NCBI RefSeq assembly: GCF_006345805.1
Contig: NC_043017.1
Span: 23,250,001 to 23,314,000 of the forward strand
Source: Octopus sinensis
Taxonomy: Eukaryota
DNA length: 64,000 nucleotides
Reading direction: 5' to 3'
Below the pieces are notes generated by a model. The model searched no databases and was not told where the DNA came from. It saw nothing but the letters and a program-made list of their open reading frames with translations. Within the stretch, counting starts at the first letter, position 1, and each line of letters starts with the position of its first letter. This document shows positions 1 through 14,890 of the stretch, piece after piece. The translations under genes were made by a program, and so were the position numbers.

Positions 1-168
1 TGTAGGGCCTTTTTCTCGAGGCTTTTGGTCAGTTACAGATGGTGTGCTACAACGTTTCTCTCGTCAGACACAAGGTCAAGCTAGTATCTCCACATTTCCC
101 CAGCAGAACCACTTGGATCGGCTCGGTTGAACATCATACAGTGAAACAGGAATTTTATCCGGTGAGGC

Positions 169-180
169 TATATACATACA

Positions 181-211
<31 letters not shown>

Positions 212-501
212 GTCTGTGTGTATATATAATATATATACATATATACATATACATACGTATATATACATACATATACATATATGCATAGATACATACATAT
301 ATATGTACATGTACAAATATAAATATATATATGTATATATGCATATATATTATATATTATACATACATATGTATGTGTGTATATATAATATATAATATAT
401 ATACATATATACATATACAAACATATACATATATGCATAGATACATACATATATATGTATATGTATGAATATAAATATATATATATATATGTATATATGC
501 A

Positions 502-532
<31 letters not shown>

Positions 533-549
533 CATAAGCACACACACAA

Positions 550-592
<43 letters not shown>

Positions 593-700
593 TAGATACA
601 AACATCCATCCATCCATCCATCCATACATACATACATACATACATACATACATACATACATGCATGCATGCATGCATATATTTATCTAAATACATATGCA

Positions 701-735
<35 letters not shown>
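169..735. repeat. Compound microsatellite (TACA)n/(TA)n/(TCCA)n/(CA)n
   Basis: Tandem units directly visible; the overlapping HTYI/MYVC ORFs are repeat translations. Confidence 0.97.
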
Positions 736-744
<9 letters not shown>

Positions 745-1654
745 ATTATTTTTTAATGTAAGGCGCTTGTCCATGCGGGTACGCAATTTACAGTGGCATT
801 GCATCAACATTATATTTCAGCAGAGATACTTTAAAACGCGTGCAAGCCAAGATTTATATCACATATGAATATTTATCGAGAAGCCATACATATTTGTCAT
901 GCTTGCAGTTGTTTGTAACGTCTATCCAGCTGCAGAGTTATGCATACTTTCACACGCATTGGAATGTTTAGCACCGGTCGTCTGTTGCGTATTGATGAAA
1001 CTATTCCTGATGTGACCATATCCCTCTCTCACCCTTTTTCTCTCTCCCTATTTGTCTCGCGTTCTGTAGCCCTTATCCTCTTTGCTCCTTCGCTTGTTCA
1101 TACATGCAAACGCGCGCGCGCGCAAACACTTATGCACATACACATTCTTGGCATGACTATCTATCTTTCTCTCGCCCCATTTCTCTCTCTTTCGCTCACA
1201 CGTATCATACTCACTGAATCTTTTATTGTTGATGTAGTGAATGAGAGTTGGCACACCGAGTGTGCATGAGAGAGAAAGAGAAAGTGTGGGTTAGAGAGAG
1301 AGAGAGAAAGAGAGACATAGACAGACAGACACAGACAGATACAGACAGATAGACACAGACAGACAGAAAAGAGAAGAGAAATAAAAAGAAAAATAGAATG
1401 AATGAATGAATGAATGAATGAATGAATGAATGAACGAACGAACGAATGAAGAGAAAGTGAAATAGTGAGTCTGTGTGTGGGGAGGGAGAAGATAGAGATA
1501 ACGTAAAAGAAAAAGGTGAAAAGTTGAACGTAAAGAGAAAGAGAGAGAAGTAAGCACATGAGATATTAAAAAGGAAAACGAAAATGAAAGTGATAATATA
1601 TAATAAACAGATAAGGAAAATCGTACGGAAGTGGCTTTGGCGATAGTAATACGG

Positions 1655-2413
1655 ACTACGGTGGCGGTAGTGTAGGGGTTGCTGATGCTGAAGGTGGTGA
1701 CTGCGGTGGTGGTGGAGTGCTGGGAGTTTTGCTAATAGTAATGATGATAGTTGTGGTGGGGATGATAATGTTGGTAGAAGTGGTGATAGTGATGATGGTG
1801 GTGATGATAATGTTGGTAGAAGTGGTGGTGGTGGTGGTGGTGGTGGTGGTGGTTGTGGTGATGTGGGTAATGATTATGATGGTAATGTTGATAAAGAGAT
1901 GGTAGTTATAGTAGAGGCTATTTTTTTTCTATTGACGCTGATGATGATGGTGGTGATGGTAGTAGTGGTTGAGGTGGTTGTGGTGGTTGTAGAGGTTGTG
2001 GGGAGAGTAGTGGCGGTGATTAACCCATTTATGGTAATGATAGTAGCAGTGGCGATGCTGGTGGGAGCGGTTGTAGTAGGGCTGATATTTATTCAACTCC
2101 ACGTCTATCCTGATTGAGCGGATTTAAGATCAAAGCATTCCAACCGTGACCATCGTGTCTTCTTAGGGGTATCCAGGATTACATTATCCAATGTCTCCTT
2201 TTTCATGATGGTGGGCGTGTAACGTATCGGTGATGTGGTTTCTATTTCTAGCAAGTCACGCAACTGCATAAAGTTTGCCTTGTTGAGTAATGTTATGTGG
2301 TAGATGTTAGTGATGATGATTGCGATGGATGGTAATGGTAATAGTGAAGGTAATGTAATCCGGAAGAGTCTCAAGTACAAAGTAGGGAGGCGAAAAGACA
2401 GATAGATATACAG

Positions 2414-2455
<42 letters not shown>

Positions 2456-3520
2456 GGAGAATGACAAAAAGAAAGGGGAGAGTATAGAAAAGTTAAGTGA
2501 AAGTGAAAGTGAAAGTAAAAGACAAAAATATATGAAAAGTGATGATGATAATGGTAGTAGTGGTAACGGGGTGGGAGTGAAGTGGTAGTGGTGTTGCCGT
2601 TGCTGGTGATGCTGTGGATGATGGTGGTGAGAGGGATGGCAGCGGCGGTGACGGTTGTGTTGATGATGGTGATGTTGGTAGTAAAGGTGGTGAGGAAAAT
2701 AGTGATGATGTCGAAAGTAATGCCGGTAGTGTCGATAATGATGGTGGTAGTTGTGATGGTGGTGAAGCTGGTGAAGCTAGAAGTGACGGTGGTAGGCAAT
2801 CGAAATGGTAAGTGTGGTGATATTAGCTGCGGGTGATTGCGGTGGTAGAGGTGACACTGGTGTTGATGATGGTGATGATGGTGGTGATGGTGGTTGTGGT
2901 GGTTGTGGTGCTACTGGTAATGGTGTTAATGATGGGTAATTGTGACAGAATTGGTGGTTATGACGACAGCAATGAGAATCATAACGATGATGGGGATTCA
3001 TGTGATGATGATGATGATGATGTTTGGTGGTGAATAATTCTGGTGATGGTGATGATGGATCTTGTGAGAGTAGTAGTGATGATGGTAATACTGGTGGTGG
3101 TGGTGGTGGTGGTGGTGGTGGTGGTGGTGGTGGTGGTGGTGGTGGTGGATGCGGTGCTAGCGGCGGCGGCGGCGGCGGCGGCGGTGGTAATGGTGATGGT
3201 GGAGGTCGTCGTGGTGGTCGTCGTGGTCGTCGTCGTGGTGGTGGTCGTGGCCGTCGTCGTTGTAAAAGTGGGGTTGATAGGGGTGAGGATGTTAGAAGAA
3301 GCGGTGAGATGAAACTGGTGGTAAGGATGCTGCGATCAAGGAATTCTCTCTTTACCCCCCCCTCTCTCTCTCTCTCACTCGTTATCTATCTGTTTCACTA
3401 TCTATCTACGTACTATCTCCTGCCAACTCTTTGTCTTTCACAAAGAAACGCACCAGCTCTCATATTGGCACATACCGATACCAGCACAAATACGCGTGCA
3501 TTCACTCACACACACAAACA

Positions 3521-3566
<46 letters not shown>

Positions 3567-4360
3567 TACGCACACACATACACACACAAGCATTGTTTAT
3601 AAAATAGCTGTTATTCAATTCATAACTACTCGCCGCCACTTCCATCAATATCACCGCTATCAAAACCACCACCACTGCTGAGCCAACAAAAATGCCTCTG
3701 CACAGTGGTTCGACATACCAGAAATAGCAGTTAAATCTCCCTCTAGAAAAGATCACATTAGATAAGTTAGTCATCGAAGTACAGGGACTGAACAAAATAA
3801 GACGGGTTAGTCGTGGTTAGAACGACTTTGATCATAGAACTCTTGGATAAGGCTAACTTGGAGCTTAACAACAATAACACCACTACCACTCATTCAACAC
3901 CATAAACTCCTATACTTGCATCAACATCACTATCACGACAACCACCACCAACACCACCATCAACTCCGACCACAGCCACCATCCCACCCTACCACCTTTC
4001 GAGCACGACTAACACCACCACTACTATCACCATCACAACAACCACAACAACCTCTCCAATCAAAAACTCCACCGCCATAATCGCTACTATAAACACTACC
4101 ACCGCCACCACCATCACCACCACCACCACCACCACCACCATAACAAAAAACAACAACAACAACCGCTGCCATCACTAGTATCATCAGCAACACTAATCGT
4201 GGCCGCCGCCGTCACCGCCGCCGCCACCACGACCGCCACCACCACCATCGCTACCAACAGCAACAACTCCGACAATGCACAGTTCAAAACATCACAGCAC
4301 AGAACCGCACCACCCATGCACATTCATCACCATGACGTCATGGCAACGACCATTATTAGA
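1655..4360. repeat. Low-complexity trinucleotide region (GGT/GAT/GGC-rich, then CAC/CAA-rich) with (GAAA)n, (CT)n and (CA)n tracts
   Basis: Degenerate triplet runs; poly-V, poly-G and poly-T translations in several frames on both strands. Confidence 0.9.
2111..2280 (+). repeat. Old dispersed repeat, here called family C
   Basis: tgattgagcggatttaagatcaaagcattccaaccgtgaccat...ctatttctagca matches copies near 6015-6300 (-), 7855-7960, 10285-10470, 57470-57680, 58190-58490 and 63075-63480. Confidence 0.7.
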
Positions 4361-4803
4361 CTCTTTTGACTTTAACGAGGGAGACACATCTATGACTCAC
4401 TGCTAACGTTGTTGGTTGGTTCGCTTATCATTGGAATGGTTTGTATACATACACACCTCCCCAACATCTCAAAAACATCCATACATCTATATATATATAT
4501 ATATATATATACATATGAGGTGGGGGTTCGTGAGCGCACACATGTATATGCATGTGTGCATATATTTACACTATACACGCAATAAATACAGGTACACATA
4601 CAAGAATAACAAGTACGGAATGATGCACACACACACAAACACATACACACACACATACACACATACACACACCACACACACATACACACATGCACACACA
4701 CGTCACTCACACACGCACAGGAATACGCAACATACACATGCATGTTATATCAAGAATAGCAACAAGGATGACAATGTAACAAGCTGCTTTAAATATATAT
4801 ATA

Positions 4804-4844
<41 letters not shown>

Positions 4845-4847
4845 ACA

Positions 4848-4908
<61 letters not shown>

Positions 4909-5149
4909 CATACTTACAGACGCGCGCGCATGCTTATTAGAACAATAATAACAAAATAAAAACAAAAATAGCAATAAACAACAGCATGAAAATATAATAA
5001 ACTATATTATATGCATTTACACACACATTTGCATAAAAATGTTGTAAACTTACACACAAACAACTCACAAAACTGCAAAATGTTACAGGCTGTTGTAAAC
5101 ATACAACTATATATCGACGCTTGTATATGCAACTACACGGTCACTCTCA

Positions 5150-5211
5150 CGTTCACACATACATACACACATACATACACGCATGCACGCGCCCGCACAC
5201 AAACACACACA

Positions 5212-5245
<34 letters not shown>

Positions 5246-5872
5246 CATACATACATACATACACACATATTACATACACACATACATACATAAATACACA
5301 CATACATACATACATACATACACACATACATACATACATAACACATACATACATACATACATACACACATACATACATACATACATACAACATACACACA
5401 TACATACATACATACTACATACTACATACACACATACATACATACATACTACATCACACAACATACATACATACATACATACATACATACATACATACAT
5501 ACATACACACATACATACATACATACACACATACATACATACATACATACACACATCATACATACACCCATACATACATACATACACACATACATACATA
5601 CCTACACACATACATACATACATACATACACACATACATACATACATACACACATACATACATACATACATTATACATACATACATACATACATACACAC
5701 AACATACATACATTACACACATACATACATACACACATACAACATACATACCACATACATACATACATACATACATACTACATACATACACACATACATA
5801 CATACATACACACATACATACATACATACATACACACATACATACATACATACATACATACATACATACATT
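5150..5872. repeat. Long imperfect (TACA)n microsatellite
   Basis: About 720 bp of TACA with CACA variants. Confidence 0.98.
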
Positions 5873-5949
5873 GGCCTTGATGAAGACATGAATAACTTTT
5901 CAATATCAGATATAGTATAAATGTATGGTCAGCGGGATACTTCGAATGC

Positions 5950-5988
<39 letters not shown>

Positions 5989-6014
5989 CCAGATATACAT
6001 TCAAAGTATATTAC

Positions 6015-6300
6015 AGAAACAGCAACCAAATCTCCCTCAAATCATAACCTACCGATCATGACTGACCTGTAGCTATACAACAGTACCAACATATACATAA
6101 GATCCGAAGTGGGTACTTCAGTCTGCTAGGTGGCCAAATCCTCTCAAACCACACCCTACTATCTTATAACCGGTAGGACATTGGATGGCCTTGAATACAC
6201 TTTCTGAAAGAGAGACGTCACAGTTATGCTTGGAATAACTTTGATCTTTATCGGTTTGCTAGAATAGTGCTGACCATGGGGCTATACAACACCCAACAAC
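6015..6300 (-). repeat. Family C dispersed repeat
   Basis: Reverse complement reads tatagccccatggtcagcact...gatcaaagttattccaagc...gtagggtgtggtttgagaggatttggcc. Confidence 0.6.
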
Positions 6301-6334
6301 ACGCTCAGATATATTCACACACAACACACAGACG

Positions 6335-6380
<46 letters not shown>

Positions 6381-7104
6381 TGTGTGTGTAATATTCGACA
6401 CATTACAAAATTGAAAGTAATAATCGCCATAGCATCAGCAATGGCATCAACATAAACACATGGTCTTACGCTCGCGAGCATACACACGTTCACAACATTC
6501 ACATGGACGTCTACACATATGTACACATAGGCGTACATTGCACCCATGCATACACACACACACACACACACACGGACACACCTCTATTCCTTCATTTCTC
6601 TTTTTTCTTTCATTGTTTTATTTCAACTTTATCATATATTTAGTTATGTGTTTGGTCGTATAGCTGGGAGTCGACTAGCAACGTTGTTTGGGGTGGGTGA
6701 GAGTGAATTTCACTCAATTCTTAATTTCCATGTTTTTTCATCGTTAACATTATCAATCTTTATTTTATTGGTGATAAACTTCCTTCCAGTTTTACCAACT
6801 GCTTCCACCATCCCTACAGTATACATTTCATACTGCATTCATACATACATACATACATACATACATACATACATACATACATACATACATACATACATAC
6901 ATGCGCATTCATACAAACAGTTACGCACACTTACACATACATATTCAATTACATATAGGATATAAACATAAATGACACATTGTCAGATAATTTAGATAAG
7001 ATTAGATCCGGTTAGTACATAGTTAGTACCGGATATTTCTTTTACGAAACGATATAAATCTATGTTCTTTGTTCAGTACTAGATTACAATAGATAAATGA
7101 GGCG

Positions 7105-7540
7105 GTTAATGATAATGATTGTTTCTAATTAAGGCACAAGGCAAGCAATTTTTAGTGGGGGGGAGAGGTTTAGTTAATTACATTGATCCGATTGCTTAGC
7201 TAGTACTTTATTTTATCAACTCCGGAGGGATGAAAGGCAAAGTTAACATAGGCATGATGTCAATTCAGAACAAACACTACAAGACATTTTTATCAGTGTT
7301 CAAACGATTCTACCAATCTACCACCCTAAATAACTGCTTCTAATTTAGGCATAGGGGCAGCAATTTTGAGGAGAGAAAATTAATCGATATCATTAATTGC
7401 AGTATCTGGCTAGTACTTTATTTTATTGTCTCCAGGAGGACAAGAGGCGAAGTTTACCTCGGTGATATTTGAACTCAGGACTTAAAAATCCGGAACAAAC
7501 GCTGCAAGGCATTTTGCCCGACGCTCTAAACGTTGAAACA
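7105..7540 (-). mobile_element. Two degenerate head-to-tail copies of tRNA-derived SINE family A
   Basis: gatgaaaggcaaagtt, tttgaactcagga and gcattttgcccgacgctctaa are the reverse complement of the family A body. Confidence 0.7.
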
Positions 7541-9686
7541 AAATGTATTGATCTACAAGGAAAATTTATGTAGTAAAAATAAACACGAGTGGAGAGTAAA
7601 AACGTTACACAACGAACAAATAAAAGTGTTGATAAATATTTAAGAAACAAAGGGGTTTTTTTTATTATATAAAACAATAATTAAAACACAATAAAGTTTA
7701 AACAATAAAACTACGAATTCGACAATTCTCACGCTCGGATAAACTGCCACCTGAATCAAATCAGAGCTTCCTATAACTCTGATTCTCTCCTGTTTTTATT
7801 TTTCTTCTTTCTTTTACCTTTTTTGTTTTGTTTTCTATTTGTCTCACCATCCAACTGTTGTTGTTTAGCTTCAGATCAGTTGTGATCGTGCAAATTTATA
7901 ATCAAAGGCGTTGTAAACGTAACGCTTCCCAGTTGGTAGGTGTCGAACGAGCACGTAATTGATCCTTTGTTTGATCCTTTGTTGGCTTACAATAATAATG
8001 GTTTCTTACATAGATTTAAGGCCACATGCGATGTATTTGTATTACACCAAGTCTATGACACACAAGTGTGTTGGCCGAACAACTTGGTTCAACCCACATA
8101 TTTGTTGTGCCAGATATACTATAACTCCACTTGGCCGGTGAGCATATCACACACTGTGACACACTGAGGTGAATCATATATGGAGCAGTTTCACAACGCT
8201 GAAATGTGCAAGGCCACCTATTTGACATAAAAGTGAAGTCAATTTTTATCACTGTTACTTAGTAGTCACCATGTAGTGGACAGGCAGAAAAGTTAAAGCT
8301 TCAAATAAAAATAACTGAGGTATTTAGTTCCAGCCATTTACATTCTAAGTCAAAATCCCATTGAGGATTTGACTTGCATCCTAATGAGAGTCAATGAACT
8401 ACAGTACCAGTTAAGTACAGAGGTTGATTTAATTGAATGATACTGGTAGGCAAAGGAATACAGTTGAGAATTCCGAACGAGTCTTTTTAGCGTTGTTTGT
8501 GGTATAAGGAGAGATGTGGTTGAGGGTGTAAATAATAATGACTACAGTATTCTACAGAAGAGCAGCGACTCCGTGTATTATTAGCTTTGAAACACAATGA
8601 TGGAAGAAGGCTAAACAAATTCGATAGTTAACGGGAGATATGGCTTGTCCGTGACGTATTCAGTTTAATTTCAAGATATAGTGGACAAAAAGCCATAGAC
8701 CTCCCAACATACTATATCTATTCTTGTATCCCCAAGACTTTGTTATTAAGCCCTAGCCGAATGTCTGCCAAAGGAAATCGTGTGCCATTGTCTATCAATA
8801 AAAGACTCTGAGCTTTAGTAATATCAAATTAGGAGATACAGACTCCAAATCCAACCCCTTCCACAGTCTTACTCGTCTGACTGCAGATGTTTGAGTTTGG
8901 AGTTTTCCATTTCCTAATAAGATTTTCCTAGCTAAGCGTTTTTATCAACTAAGTACTCGTATAATCTGAGTTGATCGAAGTTTTCAACTTACTATATTAC
9001 GTATGTAAGAACAGATCGTATTTGCATTTAGAATGTAGGACTCTTACCTGAGGTATTTTACCACAGCTATATAATTATATTCGTATCGCTCCCTGTGGTC
9101 TTACTACGCACTTAATCATCAACTTGTGTATTTCAAAGTTCCCACGCAATTGATAGCAATTGATCCCCGAGTTGCTTTCATCAGATCTTTTGACAAGTTT
9201 TGTTGTCTTTTTTTCTTGCTCGTTCTAGCATCCCTTAGACATAGTGTATCTGGTACTACATATTCTAATGAGTTTCCTTCTTTCTTTCCTAGATTGTGAG
9301 TGGTTGTAAACCTGGCGAGATTACCATTTCTAACACGTTGAAGGACCTCGCCAGAGAGATCTCCTCGTTAGCTCGCCTAAACACGCATTAAGTACTGACA
9401 TTGGTTATTTGAGACCTTGTGTCGTTAGAGGAGAGATAAGGGTAGTAAATGAAAAGAATCGGTTGAGCACCTGACCGAATACCTTGCAGTATTTTGGTTA
9501 TGTCACTTCACCTCGTAGCACTGATGTCTACATTTAATCAACATCCATTCCTCCTTCAAAACGTGTGGCCTTGTTCCAATGTGCCTGTGTTAAAAATCAT
9601 TATTTTGATGGTAGGTAAAATAAGTACCAAAGAATGAGTTACTCAATTTTGCTTTCCCCACAAATAATTTCTAGCTGTTTATGCCC

Positions 9687-10200
9687 TGGCTGTCTGGTAA
9701 GGAGTTTACTTCACAATCTCATGGTTCCGAGTTCACTCCCACTGCGTAGGGCCTTAGGCAAGTGTCTTCTACTATAGCCTTAGGCCGACCAAAGCCTTGT
9801 GAGTGGATTTGATAGACGGAAAATGAAAGAAGCATATAAAATACATACACATATATATACATATACATATATATATATATAATATATATATATATATGTA
9901 TGTATGTATGCATGTATGTATGTATATGTGTGTGTGTATATATGTATGTATGAATGTAATATATATACATATATATTTGATGTGAGTGTGTCTTTGTGTC
10001 CGTGTTTGGCCCCACCACCACTTGACAACCGGTGTCAGTGTGTTTACATCCACGTAACTTAGCGGTTCGGCAAAAAGAAACTGATAGAAAAAGTACCAGG
10101 TTTTAAAAAAGTGCTGGAATCGATGCGTTCGACTGAAACTCTCCACGGCGGTGCTCCACCATGGCCGCAATCTAATGACTTAAACAAATGAAAGATAAAA
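9687..10200 (+). mobile_element. tRNA-derived SINE family B (CORE-like domain, internal TA/TG microsatellite)
   Basis: Head catggttccgagttcactccc, CORE-like ggcaagtgtcttctactatagcc, internal microsatellite, tail cttgacaaccggtg...catggccgc; matches 34875-35296. Confidence 0.88.
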
Positions 10201-10284
10201 GGCAGTAGTAGTAGTAGTAGTAGTAGTAGTATAGTAGTAGTAGTAGTAGTTGTGGTGGTGGTGGTGGTGGTGGTGGTGGTGGTT

Positions 10285-10470
10285 GTTACTGTTTAGCCCC
10301 AGGTCAACAGTGATAGAGTAGACGTATGGTCATAGCTGTTCTGACTCTGATCACTCAGTTTTAATATATCTAAAACAGCATTATTTAAGGTTTCCTTCCT
10401 TCTTTTAGGATAACTGGATGTCGTCTGAGAGGGATGCATTGCTGCTAATCTATTATGGTCGAGCGATTAT
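10285..10470 (+). repeat. Family C dispersed repeat
   Basis: gtttagccccaggtcaacagtgatagagtagacgtatggtc matches the other family C copies. Confidence 0.6.
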
Positions 10471-10729
10471 GTAAAGGCTCCCTCGAAAGGAGGATAAGGG
10501 AGAACATATTCTTTCCATTTATTTTTAAATCGAACCACAACCAGAAACAGATTTTGTCTACTAACTGTTGGAATAATCATAGTTAATCGGAATTTTTTCA
10601 GTTCCCTACATTTCTTATGCGAGATCTTACAGTAATTGCATTTGATGTGCAGAATATGCCTTGCATGAATTTTACCACAGCTATATTGTTGAAATTCGTA
10701 ATCCTTATTCCTTATTTTCATGTGCGTGT

Positions 10730-10803
<74 letters not shown>

Positions 10804-11549
10804 GATAAAATCAATATAGAAATCAGCGGAATATGCTTCACTGAGGACGTTTAATAAAACCGAAATATATCTGTTGCTTTCACAAAGAATTTCAATCAAC
10901 TGATGTTATAGGAATTATCTCCCTTGCTTGTTTATTGGATGGAATTCCTTAAAAGAAATTTTTGCCGACTAATTACTTGGATTTTTTTGCTTACTAATAG
11001 CTTTTTTGTCCGAAGTTTTTCAGTTCACTTTATTACACACGTGAAACCATACAGTATAATCATTTCCTATGCTGAATACTCTCTTGAGATATTTCCCCCA
11101 GCCATATCGTCAGATGCCAAACATAGATTCTTGAGAGATTTTTTTTTTTTAGTTTTTACGTCACTAACAATCAAATACAGGAATGTTGGTGTGCTTACAT
11201 GTACGGAGGCAAATTAGTCTGTAGGCGGGCGCGTGTATGCACGCACGGGGTAAGCTAGGTCAGCGTGCGTACGTGCATGAGTATCTGCATTTACGTGCGA
11301 GCACGCATACAAGTATTTGCCGGTACACGTGCACCGAAATATAAACACACAGTGATGCATTTTGCGAGTGTGTCTGCGTGTGCACGTACATGTGTGTGCG
11401 TGCGTGTGTGTGGATGAATGAATGACTGATTCTGTTAATGCGCGTTCACTTATCAACCTATATTTCATGTCTTAATTCATTTCTTCACCTCTTCCTTTCC
11501 ATCTATCTCATATTGTCTTTTTAACACATACAAACACGCGAGCACGCGC

Positions 11550-11775
11550 GCTCGTGCACACACATACACACACTCACACACACACTCACACACACACACA
11601 CACACTCTCACACACACACTTACACACACACACTCACACACACACACTTACACACACACACTCACACACACACACACACACTCACACACACAAACTCACA
11701 CACACACTCACACACACACACTCACACACAAACTCACACACACACACACACACTCTCTCTCTCTCTCTCTCTCCC

Positions 11776-11806
<31 letters not shown>

Positions 11807-11830
11807 CACACACACGCACATACACACACA
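11550..11830. repeat. (CA)n/(CT)n compound microsatellite
   Basis: Directly visible. Confidence 0.95.
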
Positions 11831-12049
11831 CACGAATATATTTTGGTTTGACGGTTCGGGAGAGGAAAACACAGAAAGAATAGATATAAGATTTAGAGAT
11901 ATCGATTACGTATATTGATAACAATATAAAATCTTCACTCCATCACGTATACTCATATTCACATCCATATATCAATATTTATGCATGTCTCCTGTGTGTA
12001 ATTACATAGAAATGTTGCTTTAAATATGCGCATTTTTATAAGCATACAG

Positions 12050-12055
12050 TTTGTC

Positions 12056-12088
<33 letters not shown>

Positions 12089-12247
12089 ATGCGTGTGTAT
12101 GCGTGTGTATGTATGTATGTATTTATGTATGTAAGTATGTATGTATGTATGTATGTATGTAAGTATGTATGTATGTATGTATGTAAGTATGTATGTATGT
12201 ATGTATGTATGTATGTATGTATGTATGTGTGTATGTATGTATGTATG

Positions 12248-12278
<31 letters not shown>

Positions 12279-12575
12279 GTATGTATGTATGTATGTAAGT
12301 ACGTATGTATGTATGTATGTATGTATGTATGAATGTATGTATGTATGCATGTATGTATGTATGTATGTATGTAAGTATGTATGTATGTATGTATGTATGT
12401 ATGTATGTATGTATGTATGTATGTATGCATGTATGTATGTATGTATGTTTGTATGTATGTATGTATGTATGTATGTATGTTTGTATGTAAGTATGTATGT
12501 ATGTATGTAAGTACGTATGTATGTATGTATGTATGTATGTATGTATGTATGTATGTATGTATGTATGTATGTATA
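12050..12575. repeat. (TATG)n microsatellite
   Basis: About 500 bp of TATG with TAAG variants. Confidence 0.98.
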
Positions 12576-12849
12576 CCCTGCCCAGGATGACCGCAGCTTT
12601 CGATCTGCAATTAGTAAACGAGTAAAGGATTGGTAGATACAATCAGAGCACCTAGAATCATATAGTGGAACCCATGTGCTCGAGCAAATATTATGATGTA
12701 TTATGACGTAGCACATGCTGACACTTCACTTCATGCATTCTACAAGGTGTGTGTGCGTGCGTGCGTGTGTATGTATGCCTGCGCGCATGTGCGTAAGCGT
12801 GTGTGTGTGTGTAAATGTATGCAATATGCACGTTGTGTTTATGTGTATG

Positions 12850-13060
12850 TTTGTGTGTCTATGTTTGTCCCCCAGCATCACTTGACAACCGATACTGGTG
12901 TGTTTACGTCCCCGTAGCTTAGCGGTTCGGCAAAAGAGACGGATAGAGTAAGTACTAGGCTTACAAAGAATAAGTCCTGGGGTCGATTTGCTCGATTAAA
13001 AGCGGTGCTCCAGCATGGCCACAGTCAAATGACTGAAACAAGTAAAAGAGTAAAAGAGTA
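12850..13060 (+). mobile_element. SINE family B, 3' half
   Basis: cttgacaaccgatactggtgtgtttacgtccccgtagcttagcggttcggcaaaagagac...gtcaaatgactgaaacaagtaaaagag. Confidence 0.9.
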
Positions 13061-13122
13061 TATATAATATATAATATAATATAATATAATATAAAATAAT
13101 ATAATATATATATATATATAGT

Positions 13123-13204
<82 letters not shown>

Positions 13205-13229
13205 TGGATATAGATATAGATATATATAT

Positions 13230-13510
13230 ATTTGGTAGACGGAAACTGAAAGAAGCCCGTCGTATTTATATATGTATATATTTATATGTGTGTGTCTGTG
13301 TTTTATCTCCCTGCCAATGATTGACAACCGATGTTGGTGTGTTTACGTCCCCGTACCATAGCGGTTCGGCAAAAAAGAGACCGATAGAATAAGTACAAGG
13401 CTTACAAAGAATAAGTCCTGAGGGTCGATTTGTTTGACTAAAACCCTTTAAGGCGGTGCTCCAGCATGGCCGCAGTCGAATGACTGAAACAAGTAAAAGA
13501 GAAAAAGAAA
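13230..13510 (+). mobile_element. SINE family B, 5'-truncated
   Basis: ttggtagacggaaactgaaagaagcc through gactgaaacaagtaaaagag. Confidence 0.9.
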
Positions 13511-13586
13511 AGAATGTATGTGTATGTGTACGTGTGTGTGTGTGTGTGTGCGCGTGGTGTGTGTGTGTGTGTGTGTGCGCGCGTGG

Positions 13587-13617
<31 letters not shown>

Positions 13618-13931
13618 GTACATATGTATAGATACGTGTATGTCAATCTTTCCATCTACCGCTGTATCTCTCTCCACCCTCTCTCTCTCTCCACCCTCTC
13701 TCTCTCTCCACCCTCTCTCTCTCCACCCTCTCTCTCTCTCCGCCCTCTCTCTCTCTCCACCCTCTCTCTCTCCACCCTCACTCTCTCTCACGCGCGCGCG
13801 CTCTCTCTTTTTTTCTATCTTTGTGGAAACATTCATGCACACACACACATATACACACATCCGTATAAACATAGTATAAATATAAACTATTGTGTGAGGG
13901 TGTGTGTGTCCTCGCTTGTGTGCATATGTGT

Positions 13932-13974
<43 letters not shown>

Positions 13975-14021
13975 GGGGAGAGAGAGAGAGAAAGAGTGAG
14001 ACCTTGTATGCGGGTGAAAAT

Positions 14022-14320
14022 AGTTTTCAAACATGTCAATACGTTAAAAATATCGAACTGTGAAACAAATATTTTCCCTAACAGCAATGCAGGCTTTAAA
14101 TGTCTCTTTAGGTGTTCCTTTGATTGACATTTTTCTTATACATTGCATATATATATTATACATATACACATGAAGGCATACATATATATTATTTATGTAA
14201 TGTATAAGAAAAATGTCAATCAAAGGAACTCCTGAAGAGACATTAAAGCCTGCATTGCTGTTAGGGAAAATATTTGCTTCACAGTTCGATATTTTTAACG
14301 TATTGACATGTTTGAAAACT
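14022..14320. mobile_element. Foldback/MITE-like palindrome with about 120-bp inverted arms
   Basis: Left arm agttttcaaacatgtcaatacgttaaaaatatcgaactgtg... is the near-perfect reverse complement of ...cacagttcgatatttttaacgtattgacatgtttgaaaact; AT-rich spacer. Confidence 0.8.
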
Positions 14321-14462
14321 TCTCTCACCCTCTCCCTCTCTCCCTCTCACTCTCACATACACACATCCTCACACAGTAGTTTGTATCATTTATAGAAAAT
14401 ATGTGTGAGCGTGCGCGCGCGGATCTCTCCAGAGTATAGAAAGAAAGGGAGAGAAACGGTGG

Positions 14463-14506
<44 letters not shown>

Positions 14507-14525
14507 GATAGAAAGCTTGACGTAC

Positions 14526-14558
<33 letters not shown>

Positions 14559-14600
14559 TATATATATATATGTATTTATATATATATGTGTATATATATA

Positions 14601-14635
<35 letters not shown>

Positions 14636-14753
14636 ATGTATATATATGTGTATGTATGCATATGTTCGTGTGTACGTGTGAGTGTACGTATGTATGCATG
14701 TGTATATGCGTTCGTGCATGTGCGTGGGTGCGCGCATGTGTGTATGTGTGTGT

Positions 14754-14785
<32 letters not shown>

Positions 14786-14890
14786 AGAAAGAGTGTGTGA
14801 CTATGCACATTGATTATGTATATTATTAGTTTTTACATGCTGGCTCAGAAGGAAGATTCAGTACCTATGCCCTTCACATGCCTTTCAAAA

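Noticed and set aside
2582-3602. Poly-Val, poly-Gly and Gly/Arg-rich ORFs
   Set aside because: Degenerate GGT/GAT triplet repeats with no splice or domain support.
39-6029. Long ORFs such as the 289-aa and 256-aa HTYI-repeat and MYVC-repeat frames (also at 11959-12716, 24836-25727, 43304-44083)
   Set aside because: Pure translations of TACA/TATG/CA/CT microsatellites, open on both strands and in several frames.
8600-9600. Possible RTE-like LINE remnant (ggaaatggaaaactccaaactc on the minus strand; LQYFGYV on the plus strand)
   Set aside because: Motifs are too weak and lie on opposite strands; cannot be assigned by eye.
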